NCBI GenBank assembly: GCA_015520395.1
Contig: WAQG01000021.1
Span: 16,637 to 40,636, forward strand
Source: Candidatus Geoarchaeota archaeon
GTDB taxonomy: Archaea; Thermoproteota; Thermoprotei; Gearchaeales; WAQG01
Reading direction: 5' to 3'
DNA length: 24,000 bases
Both the position numbers and the translations under genes were made by a program. Position 1 is the first letter of the stretch. The number at the start of each line of letters is the position of its first letter. Below are positions 1 through 7,820 of the stretch, one piece after another. Under the pieces are notes generated by a model. It was not told the DNA's origin, ran no database searches, and saw only the letters and a program-made list of their open reading frames with translations.

Positions 1-1995
1 AACATAACGCCCGACATAGCCGACGGAACGGCGGTGAACATAGTGACTATGGTCTTCGGGAATGTCGGTGAGGACTCTGCGACGGGCGTGGTGTTTACGA
101 GGGACCCCGCAACCGGTGAGGACAAGCTCTACGGCGAGTATCTTCCTATGGCTCAGGGGGAGGATGTGGTCGCGGGCATAAGGACCCCGAGGCCGATAGA
201 GGAGCTGGCGAAGACTATGCCGGAGGTATACAAACAGCTGTATGAGGGTGGTAAGAAGCTTGAGAGGTTTAAGAAGGAGGTTCAGGACATAGAGTTCACG
301 ATCGAGAGGGGGAAGCTCTGGTTCCTCCAGACCAGAAACGGAAAGCTTGGGCCCATAGCGATGGTGAAAACCTCCGTTGACATGGTCAGGGAGGGGCTTC
401 TCACCAAGGAGGAGGCGCTGCTCAGGGTTAAGCCCATCCACATAGAGCAGATGCTCTACCCGAGGATAGATCCGAAGGCTAAGGCCAGGCCCGTGGCACA
501 TGGCCTTGCCTCGTCCCCCGGGGCAGTCAGTGGACGCGTCGTGTTCGATGCTGATAGGGCTGTTGAGTGGGCTGAGAGGGGCGAGCCGGTTATACTTGTT
601 AGGGAGGAAACGAAGCCCGACGATGTTCATGGGATGTATGCGTCGGTTGGGATTCTGACCAGTAGGGGCGGGATGACCAGCCACGCTGCCGTCGTTGCAA
701 GGGCTATCGGCAGGCCCTGTGTCGTGGGCTGTGAGGCGCTCAAGATAGACTATGAAAAAGGATTGTTCACGGTTGAGGGCACCGATATAGTTGTTAAGGA
801 GGGTGGGTGGGTAACGATCGATGGCTTCTCAGGGGCCGTCTATGTGGGGAAGATTCCAACGATAAAGCCTGAGCCCATCCCAGAGTTCCACGAGCTGCTA
901 AGGTGGGCGGATGAGGTCAGGAGGCTTGGGGTGTGGGCAAACGCGGATGTTCCAGAGGATGCGAAGATAGCGAGGCAGTTCGGAGCCGAGGGGATAGGGC
1001 TTCTGAGGACGGAGAGGATGTTCAGGAAGCCGGAGAGGCTCGAGATATTTAGGAAGATAATCCTCGCTGAGACGAGGGAGGAGAGGGAGAAGCTGCTTGA
1101 GAAGCTGGAGCCCATGCTGAAGTCGGACTTCCTGGAGATCTTCTCGATAATGGAGGGGCTCCCAGTCATAGTCAGGCTGTTCGACCCACCCCTCCACGAG
1201 TTCCTCCCAAGCGTTGAGGAGCTGCTAGTCGAGATCAGCGAGCTGAAGGCTACGGGGCGTTTAGAGGAGGTTAAGGAAAAGGAGGAGCTCCTTAGAAGGG
1301 TTAGGGTTCTAAGGGAGGCCAACCCCATGATGGGGCACAGGGGCGTCAGAGTTGGGATAACCTATCCTGAGATTTACGCGGCGCAAGTCAGGGCGATACT
1401 TGAGGCGGCTGGAGAGCTGTTGCTTAAGGGCAAGAAGATACTTGTGAAGATAATGGTGCCCCAGGTGGCCGAGGCCCGAGAGCTGAAATACATCAAGGAG
1501 AATGTGGTCGATCCTGTTGCAAAGGAGGTTCAGGGGAGGCTAGGCGTAAAGATACCCTTCCAGTACGGGACGATGATAGAGGTCGTGAGAGCCTGTCTAA
1601 CGGCCGACAAGATAGCGAGGTACGCCGAGTTCTTCAGCTTCGGGACAAACGACCTGACTCAAGGCACGTTCACCTTCAGTAGGGACGATGTGGAGAACAA
1701 GTTCATGCCGAAGTACCTCGAGCTGGGAATACTCGACGAAGACCCATTCCACGTGCTTGACGTAGAGGGGGTTGGCAAGCTTATAGAGATTGCGGTGAAG
1801 CTTGGCAGAAGCACGAGACCCGACCTGGAGATAGGGATATGTGGGGAGCACGGCGGGGAGCCAAGGAGCATAGAGTTCTGCCACAAGGTCGGTCTTAACT
1901 ACGTAAGCGCGTCGCCCTTCAGGATCCCTGTTGCAAGGCTCGCGGCAGCCCACGCGGCTATAAAAGAGAGGGGCGTCAAGCTTTACGCCTATTAG
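1..1995 (+). CDS. ppdK: pyruvate, phosphate dikinase (C-terminal ~660 aa; 5' end lies outside the window)
   Basis: The frame-1 ORF is open from base 1; the GTG at 34 is only the first in-window start candidate. It carries the phosphohistidine swivel motif GGMTSHAAVVARAIGRPCVVGC and the C-terminal PEP/pyruvate-domain motifs FFSFGTNDLTQ and GICGEHGGEP. Stop is TAG at 1993-1995. Confidence 0.95.
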   Translation, partial: NITPDIADGTAVNIVTMVFGNVGEDSATGVVFTRDPATGEDKLYGEYLPMAQGEDVVAGIRTPRPIEELAKTMPEVYKQLYEGGKKLERFKKEVQDIEFTIERGKLWFLQTRNGKLGPIAMVKTSVDMVREGLLTKEEALLRVKPIHIEQMLYPRIDPKAKARPVAHGLASSPGAVSGRVVFDADRAVEWAERGEPVILVREETKPDDVHGMYASVGILTSRGGMTSHAAVVARAIGRPCVVGCEALKIDYEKGLFTVEGTDIVVKEGGWVTIDGFSGAVYVGKIPTIKPEPIPEFHELLRWADEVRRLGVWANADVPEDAKIARQFGAEGIGLLRTERMFRKPERLEIFRKIILAETREEREKLLEKLEPMLKSDFLEIFSIMEGLPVIVRLFDPPLHEFLPSVEELLVEISELKATGRLEEVKEKEELLRRVRVLREANPMMGHRGVRVGITYPEIYAAQVRAILEAAGELLLKGKKILVKIMVPQVAEARELKYIKENVVDPVAKEVQGRLGVKIPFQYGTMIEVVRACLTADKIARYAEFFSFGTNDLTQGTFTFSRDDVENKFMPKYLELGILDEDPFHVLDVEGVGKLIEIAVKLGRSTRPDLEIGICGEHGGEPRSIEFCHKVGLNYVSASPFRIPVARLAAAHAAIKERGVKLYAY

Positions 1996-2084
1996 CAATT
2001 CGCGGCCCACATCTGATTTATTTCCCCTTAGCGTCCGTAACACTTTTATTATGTTTGCTCAGAATCCTGTGATGGTGATTTATC

Positions 2085-2231
2085 GTGGTTGAGTGTCCTA
2101 AGTGTGGTTACGATGTAAAGGAGCCTATCAAGACATGGCCCTTGGCTCCGAGGGGGAGAAAGCCCATAATAATTGGGCAGTTCAAGTGTCCCCGATGTGG
2201 GACGAGCTTTAAGAGGGCTGTGAAAAAATAG
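2085..2231 (+). CDS. small (48 aa) zinc-ribbon protein, CPxCG-type; missing from the ORF track because it is under 60 aa
   Basis: Hand translation from GTG 2085 gives (M)VECPKCGYDVKEPIKTWPLAPRGRKPIIIGQFKCPRCGTSFKRAVKK*. It has two CxxC pairs (CPKC and CPRC) about 30 aa apart. The frame opens only at 2079 (TGA at 2076-2078), so GTG 2085 is the only start candidate. GGTGA at 2074-2078 sits 6 nt upstream, the same spacing seen at other genes in this window. An AT-rich TTTTATTAT box lies about 35 nt upstream. Confidence 0.5.
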   Translation: MVECPKCGYDVKEPIKTWPLAPRGRKPIIIGQFKCPRCGTSFKRAVKK

Positions 2232-2276
2232 TTCAAGGTCTGTTTATAATAGGGCAACGATGGGTGAACCAATCAA

Positions 2277-2286
2277 TTTTTATATT
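2277..2286 (+). promoter_or_regulatory. TATA-like box (TTTTTATATT) upstream of glmS
   Basis: This is the AT-rich element in the 84-nt intergenic region. Its centre is about 34 nt upstream of ATG 2316, which fits an archaeal TATA box at about -26 with a short leader. Confidence 0.35.
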
Positions 2287-2315
2287 CTCTAGTAGCAGTT
2301 ATAGAGGAGTAGGGT

Positions 2316-4145
2316 ATGTGTGGGATTATCGGGGTTGCATGTGGCAGAGGCGCCTTCTCTAAGCCTCTTGGATCCATTATTAAGGAGGCCCTTAAACAGT
2401 TGGAATATAGGGGTTATGATAGCGTTGGCTACGCTGTTATAGGCGAATCTCTTATTCTGAGAAAGGCTGCTGGCAAGCTTGACGACGTTGCTGGCAAGCT
2501 GAACTTTGAAGGCGTAGACGGCTTTGTTGGGATGGGGCATACCAGGTGGGCTACTCATGGAAGCCCAAACGACATAAACGCCCATCCACACTCCGACTGT
2601 ACAGGAAGGATAGTCGTTGCCCACAATGGTATTGTGCAGAACTACTTGGAGCTCAAGGAGTGGCTTATCAAAAAGGGACACATATTTCGCAGCGAGACTG
2701 ATACCGAGGTGATCCCCCACCTGATCGAGGAGCTTAAGTCGAGGGGGATGACTACCCTCGATGCTCTTAGAAGGACTGTCAAGACTTTGAGGGGCACATT
2801 TGCTATACTTGTTCTGGACCTAGACGAGCCCAACAAAATATTCTTTGCTAGATACGTCTCCCCCCTTATAATAGGTGTTGGTGAGGGCGTGAACTTCATC
2901 GCCAGCGACATACCAGCCTTCCTAAAACATACGAACCGCGTGCTCGTCCTGAAGGACGGTGAACTCGGCTACGTGTCTCAGAAGACCGTCTATGTCGAGC
3001 ATGTCGAGAGGGGGGTCGTAGACGTGTCAAGGAGAATCAGGATAATTGACTGGACCCCCTCGATGGCTATGAAGGGAGGATACCCCCACTTTATGCTTAA
3101 GGAAATCCATGAGCAACCAATGGCTCTAAGAACGACAATCAATGGCTTTGACGAGTCCCTGGATAAGGCCGCTGAGATGATCATGGAGGCGAACAATGTT
3201 TTCATAGCGGCCTGCGGCACCTCGTACCACGCGGCCCTTGTGGGAGAGTACGCCCTGGCAAAACTTGCTGGAAGGCTTGCCCACCCGTTTATAGCCTCAG
3301 AGTACACCAAATACCTCAACGCGATCGACGAAAACGATCTTCTTATAGCAGTTTCCCAATCAGGCGAGACAATAGATACGCTGATGGCTGTCAGGAAGTT
3401 TAAGGGGAGAGGAGCTAGGGTTATAGCCGTCTCAAACGTCGTTGACAGCGCTATTCCAAGGGACTCTGACCTGCCCATATACACCAAGGCTGGCCCCGAG
3501 ATAGGCGTCGCAGCGACCAAGACCTTCACAACACAGGTGGCCGTCTTACTGGAACTTTCCTATAGGCTTGGCCTCAAGACCGGGCGCCTAACCAAGAGCG
3601 AATACCTTGACCTGCATAGGGAACTCACTATGGTCCCGAAGGTGGTTTCAAGCGTTATTAGGAGGTATGAGGGGCATTGTAAGGAGTTGGGGAGGCGCCT
3701 CAAGCCCATCACAAGCATGTACTATCTGAGCAGAGGCGTGGGGGTGCCTGTGGCTATGGAGGGGGCCCTCAAGTTGAAGGAGATATCTTACATACATGCT
3801 GAGGCCTATCCGGCCGGCGAGAGCAAGCATGGCCCAATAGCCTTGATCGAAAGAGGGTTCCCAACAATGTTTCTGGCGTTTAGGGACGAGTATATGGAGG
3901 CCATACTTGGAAACGTGATGGAGATGAAGGCGCGTGGGGCCTACACGATCGGCCTTGTCCCTGAGGACTCATCGAAGCTTATAGAGAAGCTGGACTATCC
4001 CCTCAAGATGCCTTACCTGACGCCTTACGCCGCCTCGATCGTTTATGTGGTTCCTCTCCAGCTGATAGCTTACTACGCCTCAGTCGAGAGGGGGCTGGAT
4101 CCCGACAAGCCCAGGAACCTCGCCAAGACGGTTACCGTTGAATAG
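2316..4145 (+). CDS. glmS: glutamine--fructose-6-phosphate aminotransferase (isomerizing)
   Basis: 609 aa. The N-terminal MCGIIG carries the Ntn-amidotransferase Cys nucleophile. Two SIS-domain blocks are present (CGTSYHAA and SQSGETIDT). The C-terminus ends in the characteristic ...AKTVTVE. Confidence 0.97.
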   Translation: MCGIIGVACGRGAFSKPLGSIIKEALKQLEYRGYDSVGYAVIGESLILRKAAGKLDDVAGKLNFEGVDGFVGMGHTRWATHGSPNDINAHPHSDCTGRIVVAHNGIVQNYLELKEWLIKKGHIFRSETDTEVIPHLIEELKSRGMTTLDALRRTVKTLRGTFAILVLDLDEPNKIFFARYVSPLIIGVGEGVNFIASDIPAFLKHTNRVLVLKDGELGYVSQKTVYVEHVERGVVDVSRRIRIIDWTPSMAMKGGYPHFMLKEIHEQPMALRTTINGFDESLDKAAEMIMEANNVFIAACGTSYHAALVGEYALAKLAGRLAHPFIASEYTKYLNAIDENDLLIAVSQSGETIDTLMAVRKFKGRGARVIAVSNVVDSAIPRDSDLPIYTKAGPEIGVAATKTFTTQVAVLLELSYRLGLKTGRLTKSEYLDLHRELTMVPKVVSSVIRRYEGHCKELGRRLKPITSMYYLSRGVGVPVAMEGALKLKEISYIHAEAYPAGESKHGPIALIERGFPTMFLAFRDEYMEAILGNVMEMKARGAYTIGLVPEDSSKLIEKLDYPLKMPYLTPYAASIVYVVPLQLIAYYASVERGLDPDKPRNLAKTVTVE

Positions 4146-4146
4146 G

Positions 4147-4154
4147 GAGGTGAG
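4147..4154 (+). promoter_or_regulatory. Shine-Dalgarno-like site GGAGGTGA for the glmU-like gene
   Basis: The match to the anti-SD sequence is perfect. It sits 5 nt upstream of ATG 4160, within the 14-nt gap after the glmS stop, which implies a glmS-glmU operon. Confidence 0.5.
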
Positions 4155-4159
4155 ATGCC

Positions 4160-5350
4160 ATGAAGCCTGGAAGGTTTAGGGCGCTTGTCCTGGCGGCAGG
4201 CGAGGGGGTTGAAATGAGGCCCCTGTCGGAGGGCTACCCCAAGACCCTCCTAAGGATACTGGGGAAGCCAGTAGTCAGATACGTCCTAGAAAACCTGAGG
4301 AACATTGGGGTGAGGGATGCAGTAGTGGTGGTGAACAAACAGGAACTCTTCGAAAAGGAGCTTTCAGGCATCGACGACCTTAACATAGCCTTTGTTGAAC
4401 AGACAGGCCGTGGGATTACTCAGGCCGTTAAAAGTGCAACAAAGTTTTTTGAGGATGAGCCGCAGTTGCTTATGGCCTATGGCGACATCGTAGCTCCCCC
4501 AGATGCCTACAGGCTGGTGTTAGATGCCTACATCAATACGGGGGCTGAGGGGGCGGCGCTGATGGTACCTGAACGCCACCCCAGAACCTACGGTGTGCCA
4601 AGCCTTGATGAGAGAGGTTACATAAGAAGGGTTATAGAGCCCGGCGAGGAGAGGCCTGAGGTCGAATATGTGATGGGGGGCTTCTACGTCCTCCCAGGGA
4701 GGTTCATAAAGCTGGTTAAGAAGGGGCTCGGGCTTGTTGAGGCCTTTAACAAGGTGGCCCAGCATGGCCTGAGCGGCGCTCTCTGGACGGGGTGGTGGGT
4801 GAATGTGGATTATCCCTGGGACCTCCTTAAGGCGGTAAGAAACATGCTGTCCGAACTTAAGTCCATGTGGATTAGTGAGGATGCAGAAATATCCCCTAAG
4901 GCTCTGGTTGAGGGGCCGGTTTACATAGATAGCGGCGCTAAAATAGAGCATGAAGCTATAGTCAGGGGGCCGGTCTACATAGGCAGAAACAGCTATATAG
5001 GCACAAACACGCTAGTCAGGAACTACACCTCGGTGGAGGAGGGCTGCGTTGTTGGGGCATACAGTGAGCTTGTGCACACAGTGCTTCAACCCAGAAGCGT
5101 CGTGAGTAGGGGGAGTCTGATAGGCTACTCGGTTGTTGGAAGGGAGAGCGTAATAGGGCCGGGCACCATCTCCACGATGCTCTATGGCGAGGAGCTGACA
5201 AAGAGGTACGCTGACCTGATAGGTAGGATACCGGAGAAGATAGGGGCAGTGATAGGCCATAAGGTGAGGCTTGGGCCCTACAACGTCTTGAAGCCTGGGG
5301 CTAAGGTGAGAAGTGGGGTTAAGACGGGGCCCTTCGAAGTGTTGGAATAG
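4160..5350 (+). CDS. bifunctional sugar-1-phosphate nucleotidylyltransferase / acetyltransferase-like protein (archaeal GlmU/ST0452-type; N-terminal NTP-transferase fold plus C-terminal left-handed beta-helix)
   Basis: 396 aa. The N-terminus LVLAAGEGVEMRPLSEGYPKTLL resembles the nucleotidyltransferase G-x-G-x-R...PK loop. The C-terminal third has hexapeptide-repeat character (VYIDSGAKIEHEAIVRGPVYIGRNSYIGTNTLVRNYTSVEEGCVVGAYSEL...). It is SD-coupled directly behind glmS. Confidence 0.8.
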   Translation: MKPGRFRALVLAAGEGVEMRPLSEGYPKTLLRILGKPVVRYVLENLRNIGVRDAVVVVNKQELFEKELSGIDDLNIAFVEQTGRGITQAVKSATKFFEDEPQLLMAYGDIVAPPDAYRLVLDAYINTGAEGAALMVPERHPRTYGVPSLDERGYIRRVIEPGEERPEVEYVMGGFYVLPGRFIKLVKKGLGLVEAFNKVAQHGLSGALWTGWWVNVDYPWDLLKAVRNMLSELKSMWISEDAEISPKALVEGPVYIDSGAKIEHEAIVRGPVYIGRNSYIGTNTLVRNYTSVEEGCVVGAYSELVHTVLQPRSVVSRGSLIGYSVVGRESVIGPGTISTMLYGEELTKRYADLIGRIPEKIGAVIGHKVRLGPYNVLKPGAKVRSGVKTGPFEVLE

Positions 5351-5490
5351 CCGTCTGAAAGGGGGGCGATCTACCGTTTTGATGTAGCTATTAGTATGTA
5401 TCTTGGGCACTCAAGTATTTATCTGTTCATATATGATGGGAAATCACATTTATTTCTAGGTGTTTCACAAAATAATATTGGTGGTCTCCG

Positions 5491-6414
5491 TTGATAACTA
5501 TTGTTGGTGCCGGTAGGGTCGGCACGGCTGCCGCAGCTTATATAGCCCTTAAGGAGCTCGATGACATACTCCTTATCGACATAATTCCAAATAAGGCGGC
5601 GGGAGAGGCCCTCGACCTCGCCCACGCCGCAAGCATCCTAGGGTTAAGCATCGACATAAGGGGTACCGAGAACTACGAGGAGATGGCAGGAAGCGACCTC
5701 GTAGTCGTGACTGCTGGCGTCCCTAGAAAGCCCGGCATGACTAGGGAGGAGCTGGTGGGCGTAAACGCTAAAATTGTTGTTGACGTGGCTGAGAAGATAA
5801 AGAAGTATACTCCAGATGCCATAGTCCTCATGACAACCAACCCACTCGACCCAATGCTCTACCTGATGTACAAGAAGCTGGGCTTCCCGAGGGAGAGGGT
5901 GATAGGGTTCAGTGGTGTTCTCGACTCTGGTAGGCTGAGGTATTACGCCGCAAAGAAGCTAGGGATAAGCCCAGCCGACATAAACCCGGTTGTAATAGGG
6001 CAGCATGGCAGGAGCATGTTCCCAGTTCCAAGGCTCACAACGATATACGGGAAACCGCTGACCGAGCTGCTCTCCAAGGAGGAGATCGAGGAGGTGGTTA
6101 AAGAGACGATAGCCGCAGGGGCGACGATAACCAAGCTGAGGGGCTACAGCAGCAACTATGCTCCGGGCGCAGGGCTCTCACTAATGGTCGAAGCCATAAA
6201 GAAGGATCTAAAGAGGATATTCCTGGCCAGCGTCTATCTGATGGGCGAGTATGGATATAGCGACATAACCGCCTCCGTCCCCGTGCTGCTCGGCAAGTCT
6301 GGCGTTGAGAAGATATACGAGCTACCCTTAAACGAGGAGGAGAAACAGCTCTTCGCAAAGAGCATCGAGGCAATTAAGGCCAACATCGCTGGAATACCTA
6401 AGGAGCTGCTATAA
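5491..6414 (+). CDS. mdh: L-malate dehydrogenase (LDH-like MDH family)
   Basis: 307 aa. The Rossmann motif starts at the N-terminus (ITIVGAGRVG). TAGVPRKPGMTREEL has Arg at the substrate-discriminating position, which indicates MDH rather than LDH. The catalytic His lies in VIGQHGRS. Start is TTG, with GGTGG at 5480-5484 six nt upstream. Confidence 0.9.
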   Translation: MITIVGAGRVGTAAAAYIALKELDDILLIDIIPNKAAGEALDLAHAASILGLSIDIRGTENYEEMAGSDLVVVTAGVPRKPGMTREELVGVNAKIVVDVAEKIKKYTPDAIVLMTTNPLDPMLYLMYKKLGFPRERVIGFSGVLDSGRLRYYAAKKLGISPADINPVVIGQHGRSMFPVPRLTTIYGKPLTELLSKEEIEEVVKETIAAGATITKLRGYSSNYAPGAGLSLMVEAIKKDLKRIFLASVYLMGEYGYSDITASVPVLLGKSGVEKIYELPLNEEEKQLFAKSIEAIKANIAGIPKELL

Positions 6415-6421
6415 ACCATCA

Positions 6422-6432
6422 TTTCCTTTTTC
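6422..6432 (+). terminator. oligo-T tract (TTTCCTTTTTC) after mdh
   Basis: This T-rich run begins 8 nt after the mdh stop, in the 28-nt gap between the convergent genes mdh and the PAC2-family gene. Archaeal RNA polymerase terminates at oligo-T. Confidence 0.3.
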
Positions 6433-6442
6433 TAGCCATTGC

Positions 6443-7234
6443 CTACCCTATATATGACGGGGGCTCCTTCTCCTCTTCCTGCTTCATAGCTTCCATTAGC
6501 TCCCTCTCCCTGGCTATCATCGCCTGCATAAACCTCCTTCCCTGCTCTTCCAAGGGCTTTGTGTCAATCTTTATTCCCAGAATCCTTAGTAGTGAGTCTA
6601 GGGCGGCCTTGGCGGCGTTAAAGTCGTAGCCCACCATGACTATAGTCTCCCCCATTATGCATGCTCCCCTGAGGTTTTCCAGCTTGGCAAGCCCTATTAT
6701 AGTTCCATTTAAGCCTTTTATTGTGCCGTCCGTCATGATTATTATCCCATGCTCTGATAGCAGCCTGGAGGTTTCAGGGTCTGTGGCAGCGGCATAGGTT
6801 CTGGGCTTGCCCATCCGCTGCGCCGAAGCATAGGCAGCGAGGGTATAGATCTGCCTTACACCCTTGTCCTTCGCAAACTCCACAATAAACCTACCAAGAG
6901 CGAAGCTACTTTCGGGGGTTTGAGGCTGGTGGGGGGCCGTGAAGATCAGGAGCCTTCTCATCCCTCTCCCCCTCCCAGAGGACCAGTAGTAAAATGTCCC
7001 TTTGACAAGCTCTACGGTTCCATTAGGCCCTACTTCGACCTCGGCTGGAAACCCGCCGAAATACACGTCGCATATAGGCCTTGCGCCAAGTGCCTCTATG
7101 AGATAATCGACGGCTATCTTGCCCACGTAACCTATGCCGGGAAACCCTATAACCAGCGTGTCGGCCTTTATCCTATCCCCCTTTACACACCTCACAACAA
7201 GCCTGGAGCTCTTCTCAGATGTTCCAATCAGCAT
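6443..7234 (-). CDS. PAC2-family (proteasome assembly chaperone-like) protein
   Basis: 263 aa. The N-terminal block DTLVIGFPGIGYVGKIAVDYLIEAL matches the recalled PAC2/DUF75 signature (livGfpG.G.vG..a...Li). The acidic coiled-coil-like C-terminal tail and the length are typical of the archaeal family. Confidence 0.7.
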   Translation of the reverse strand: MLIGTSEKSSRLVVRCVKGDRIKADTLVIGFPGIGYVGKIAVDYLIEALGARPICDVYFGGFPAEVEVGPNGTVELVKGTFYYWSSGRGRGMRRLLIFTAPHQPQTPESSFALGRFIVEFAKDKGVRQIYTLAAYASAQRMGKPRTYAAATDPETSRLLSEHGIIIMTDGTIKGLNGTIIGLAKLENLRGACIMGETIVMVGYDFNAAKAALDSLLRILGIKIDTKPLEEQGRRFMQAMIARERELMEAMKQEEEKEPPSYIG

Positions 7235-7257
7235 CGCAGGTAATAACCTGTTAGGGG

Positions 7258-7296
7258 TAATATATTTCTATGCCTTAACCACCTAAACAATATATT
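7258..7296. promoter_or_regulatory. divergent promoter region with two TATA-like boxes (TAATATATTT at 7258-7267 for the PAC2 gene; CAATATATT at 7288-7296 for queT-like)
   Basis: Each box centre lies about 25-29 nt from its ATG (7234 on the minus strand, 7317 on the plus strand). This is the spacing expected for leaderless transcripts. Confidence 0.35.
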
Positions 7297-7316
7297 CCAC
7301 CACGCTACAGAGAGGT

Positions 7317-7820
7317 ATGAGTGGTATGAGTAGGAAGAGCCTTTTAATAGCCGAGACTGCGATGTTCGCAGTTACCTACATAGTCCTAGTGCTGGCCTTC
7401 CACTCCCTAAGCTTCTACTACATCCAGGTAAGAATTGCTGACGCCCTCCTGCCCCTAAGCATGGTCTATGGATGGACGGCGATAGCAGGCCTCACGATAG
7501 GTTGTGCAATAGCCAACCTCTATAGCCCAGTTCCACAGCCCATGCTAGACGTCCTCTTAGGAAGCCTTACCAACCTGATATCAACCTACCTGGCCTACAA
7601 AGTGGGAAGAAACGGCGTATTACGTATACTACTTGGCAGCATACTTGAAGCGATTGTGGTAACGGTCATTGTAGGAAGCTACTTATCCGTGCTATTCAAC
7701 GTCCCATTGGAAGCAGCATATGCAGGAGTCGGGCTTGGATCCTTCATAAGCATAGTAGTTATAGGGGCTCCACTGGCGGCAACGCTATCAAAATACGTGC
7801 GTATAAGTGCTAGAGAATGA
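7317..7820 (+). CDS. queT: QueT-family membrane protein (putative 7-deazaguanine precursor transporter)
   Basis: 167 aa, about 5 TM helices. The N-terminal pattern AMFAVTYIVLVLAFHSLSFYYIQVRIADALLPL resembles the recalled QueT signature (...aP.sfG.iQfRisEaL..l). The call rests on memory of the family only. Confidence 0.55.
   Translation: MSGMSRKSLLIAETAMFAVTYIVLVLAFHSLSFYYIQVRIADALLPLSMVYGWTAIAGLTIGCAIANLYSPVPQPMLDVLLGSLTNLISTYLAYKVGRNGVLRILLGSILEAIVVTVIVGSYLSVLFNVPLEAAYAGVGLGSFISIVVIGAPLAATLSKYVRISARE

Noticed and set aside
5396-5494. 32-aa ORF (MYLGHSSIYLFIYDGKSHLFLGVSQNNIGGLR) in the glmU-like/mdh intergenic region
   Set aside because: It runs through the AT-rich promoter and SD of mdh and overlaps the mdh start. 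It has no SD or TATA of its own, and its composition reflects AT-rich non-coding DNA.
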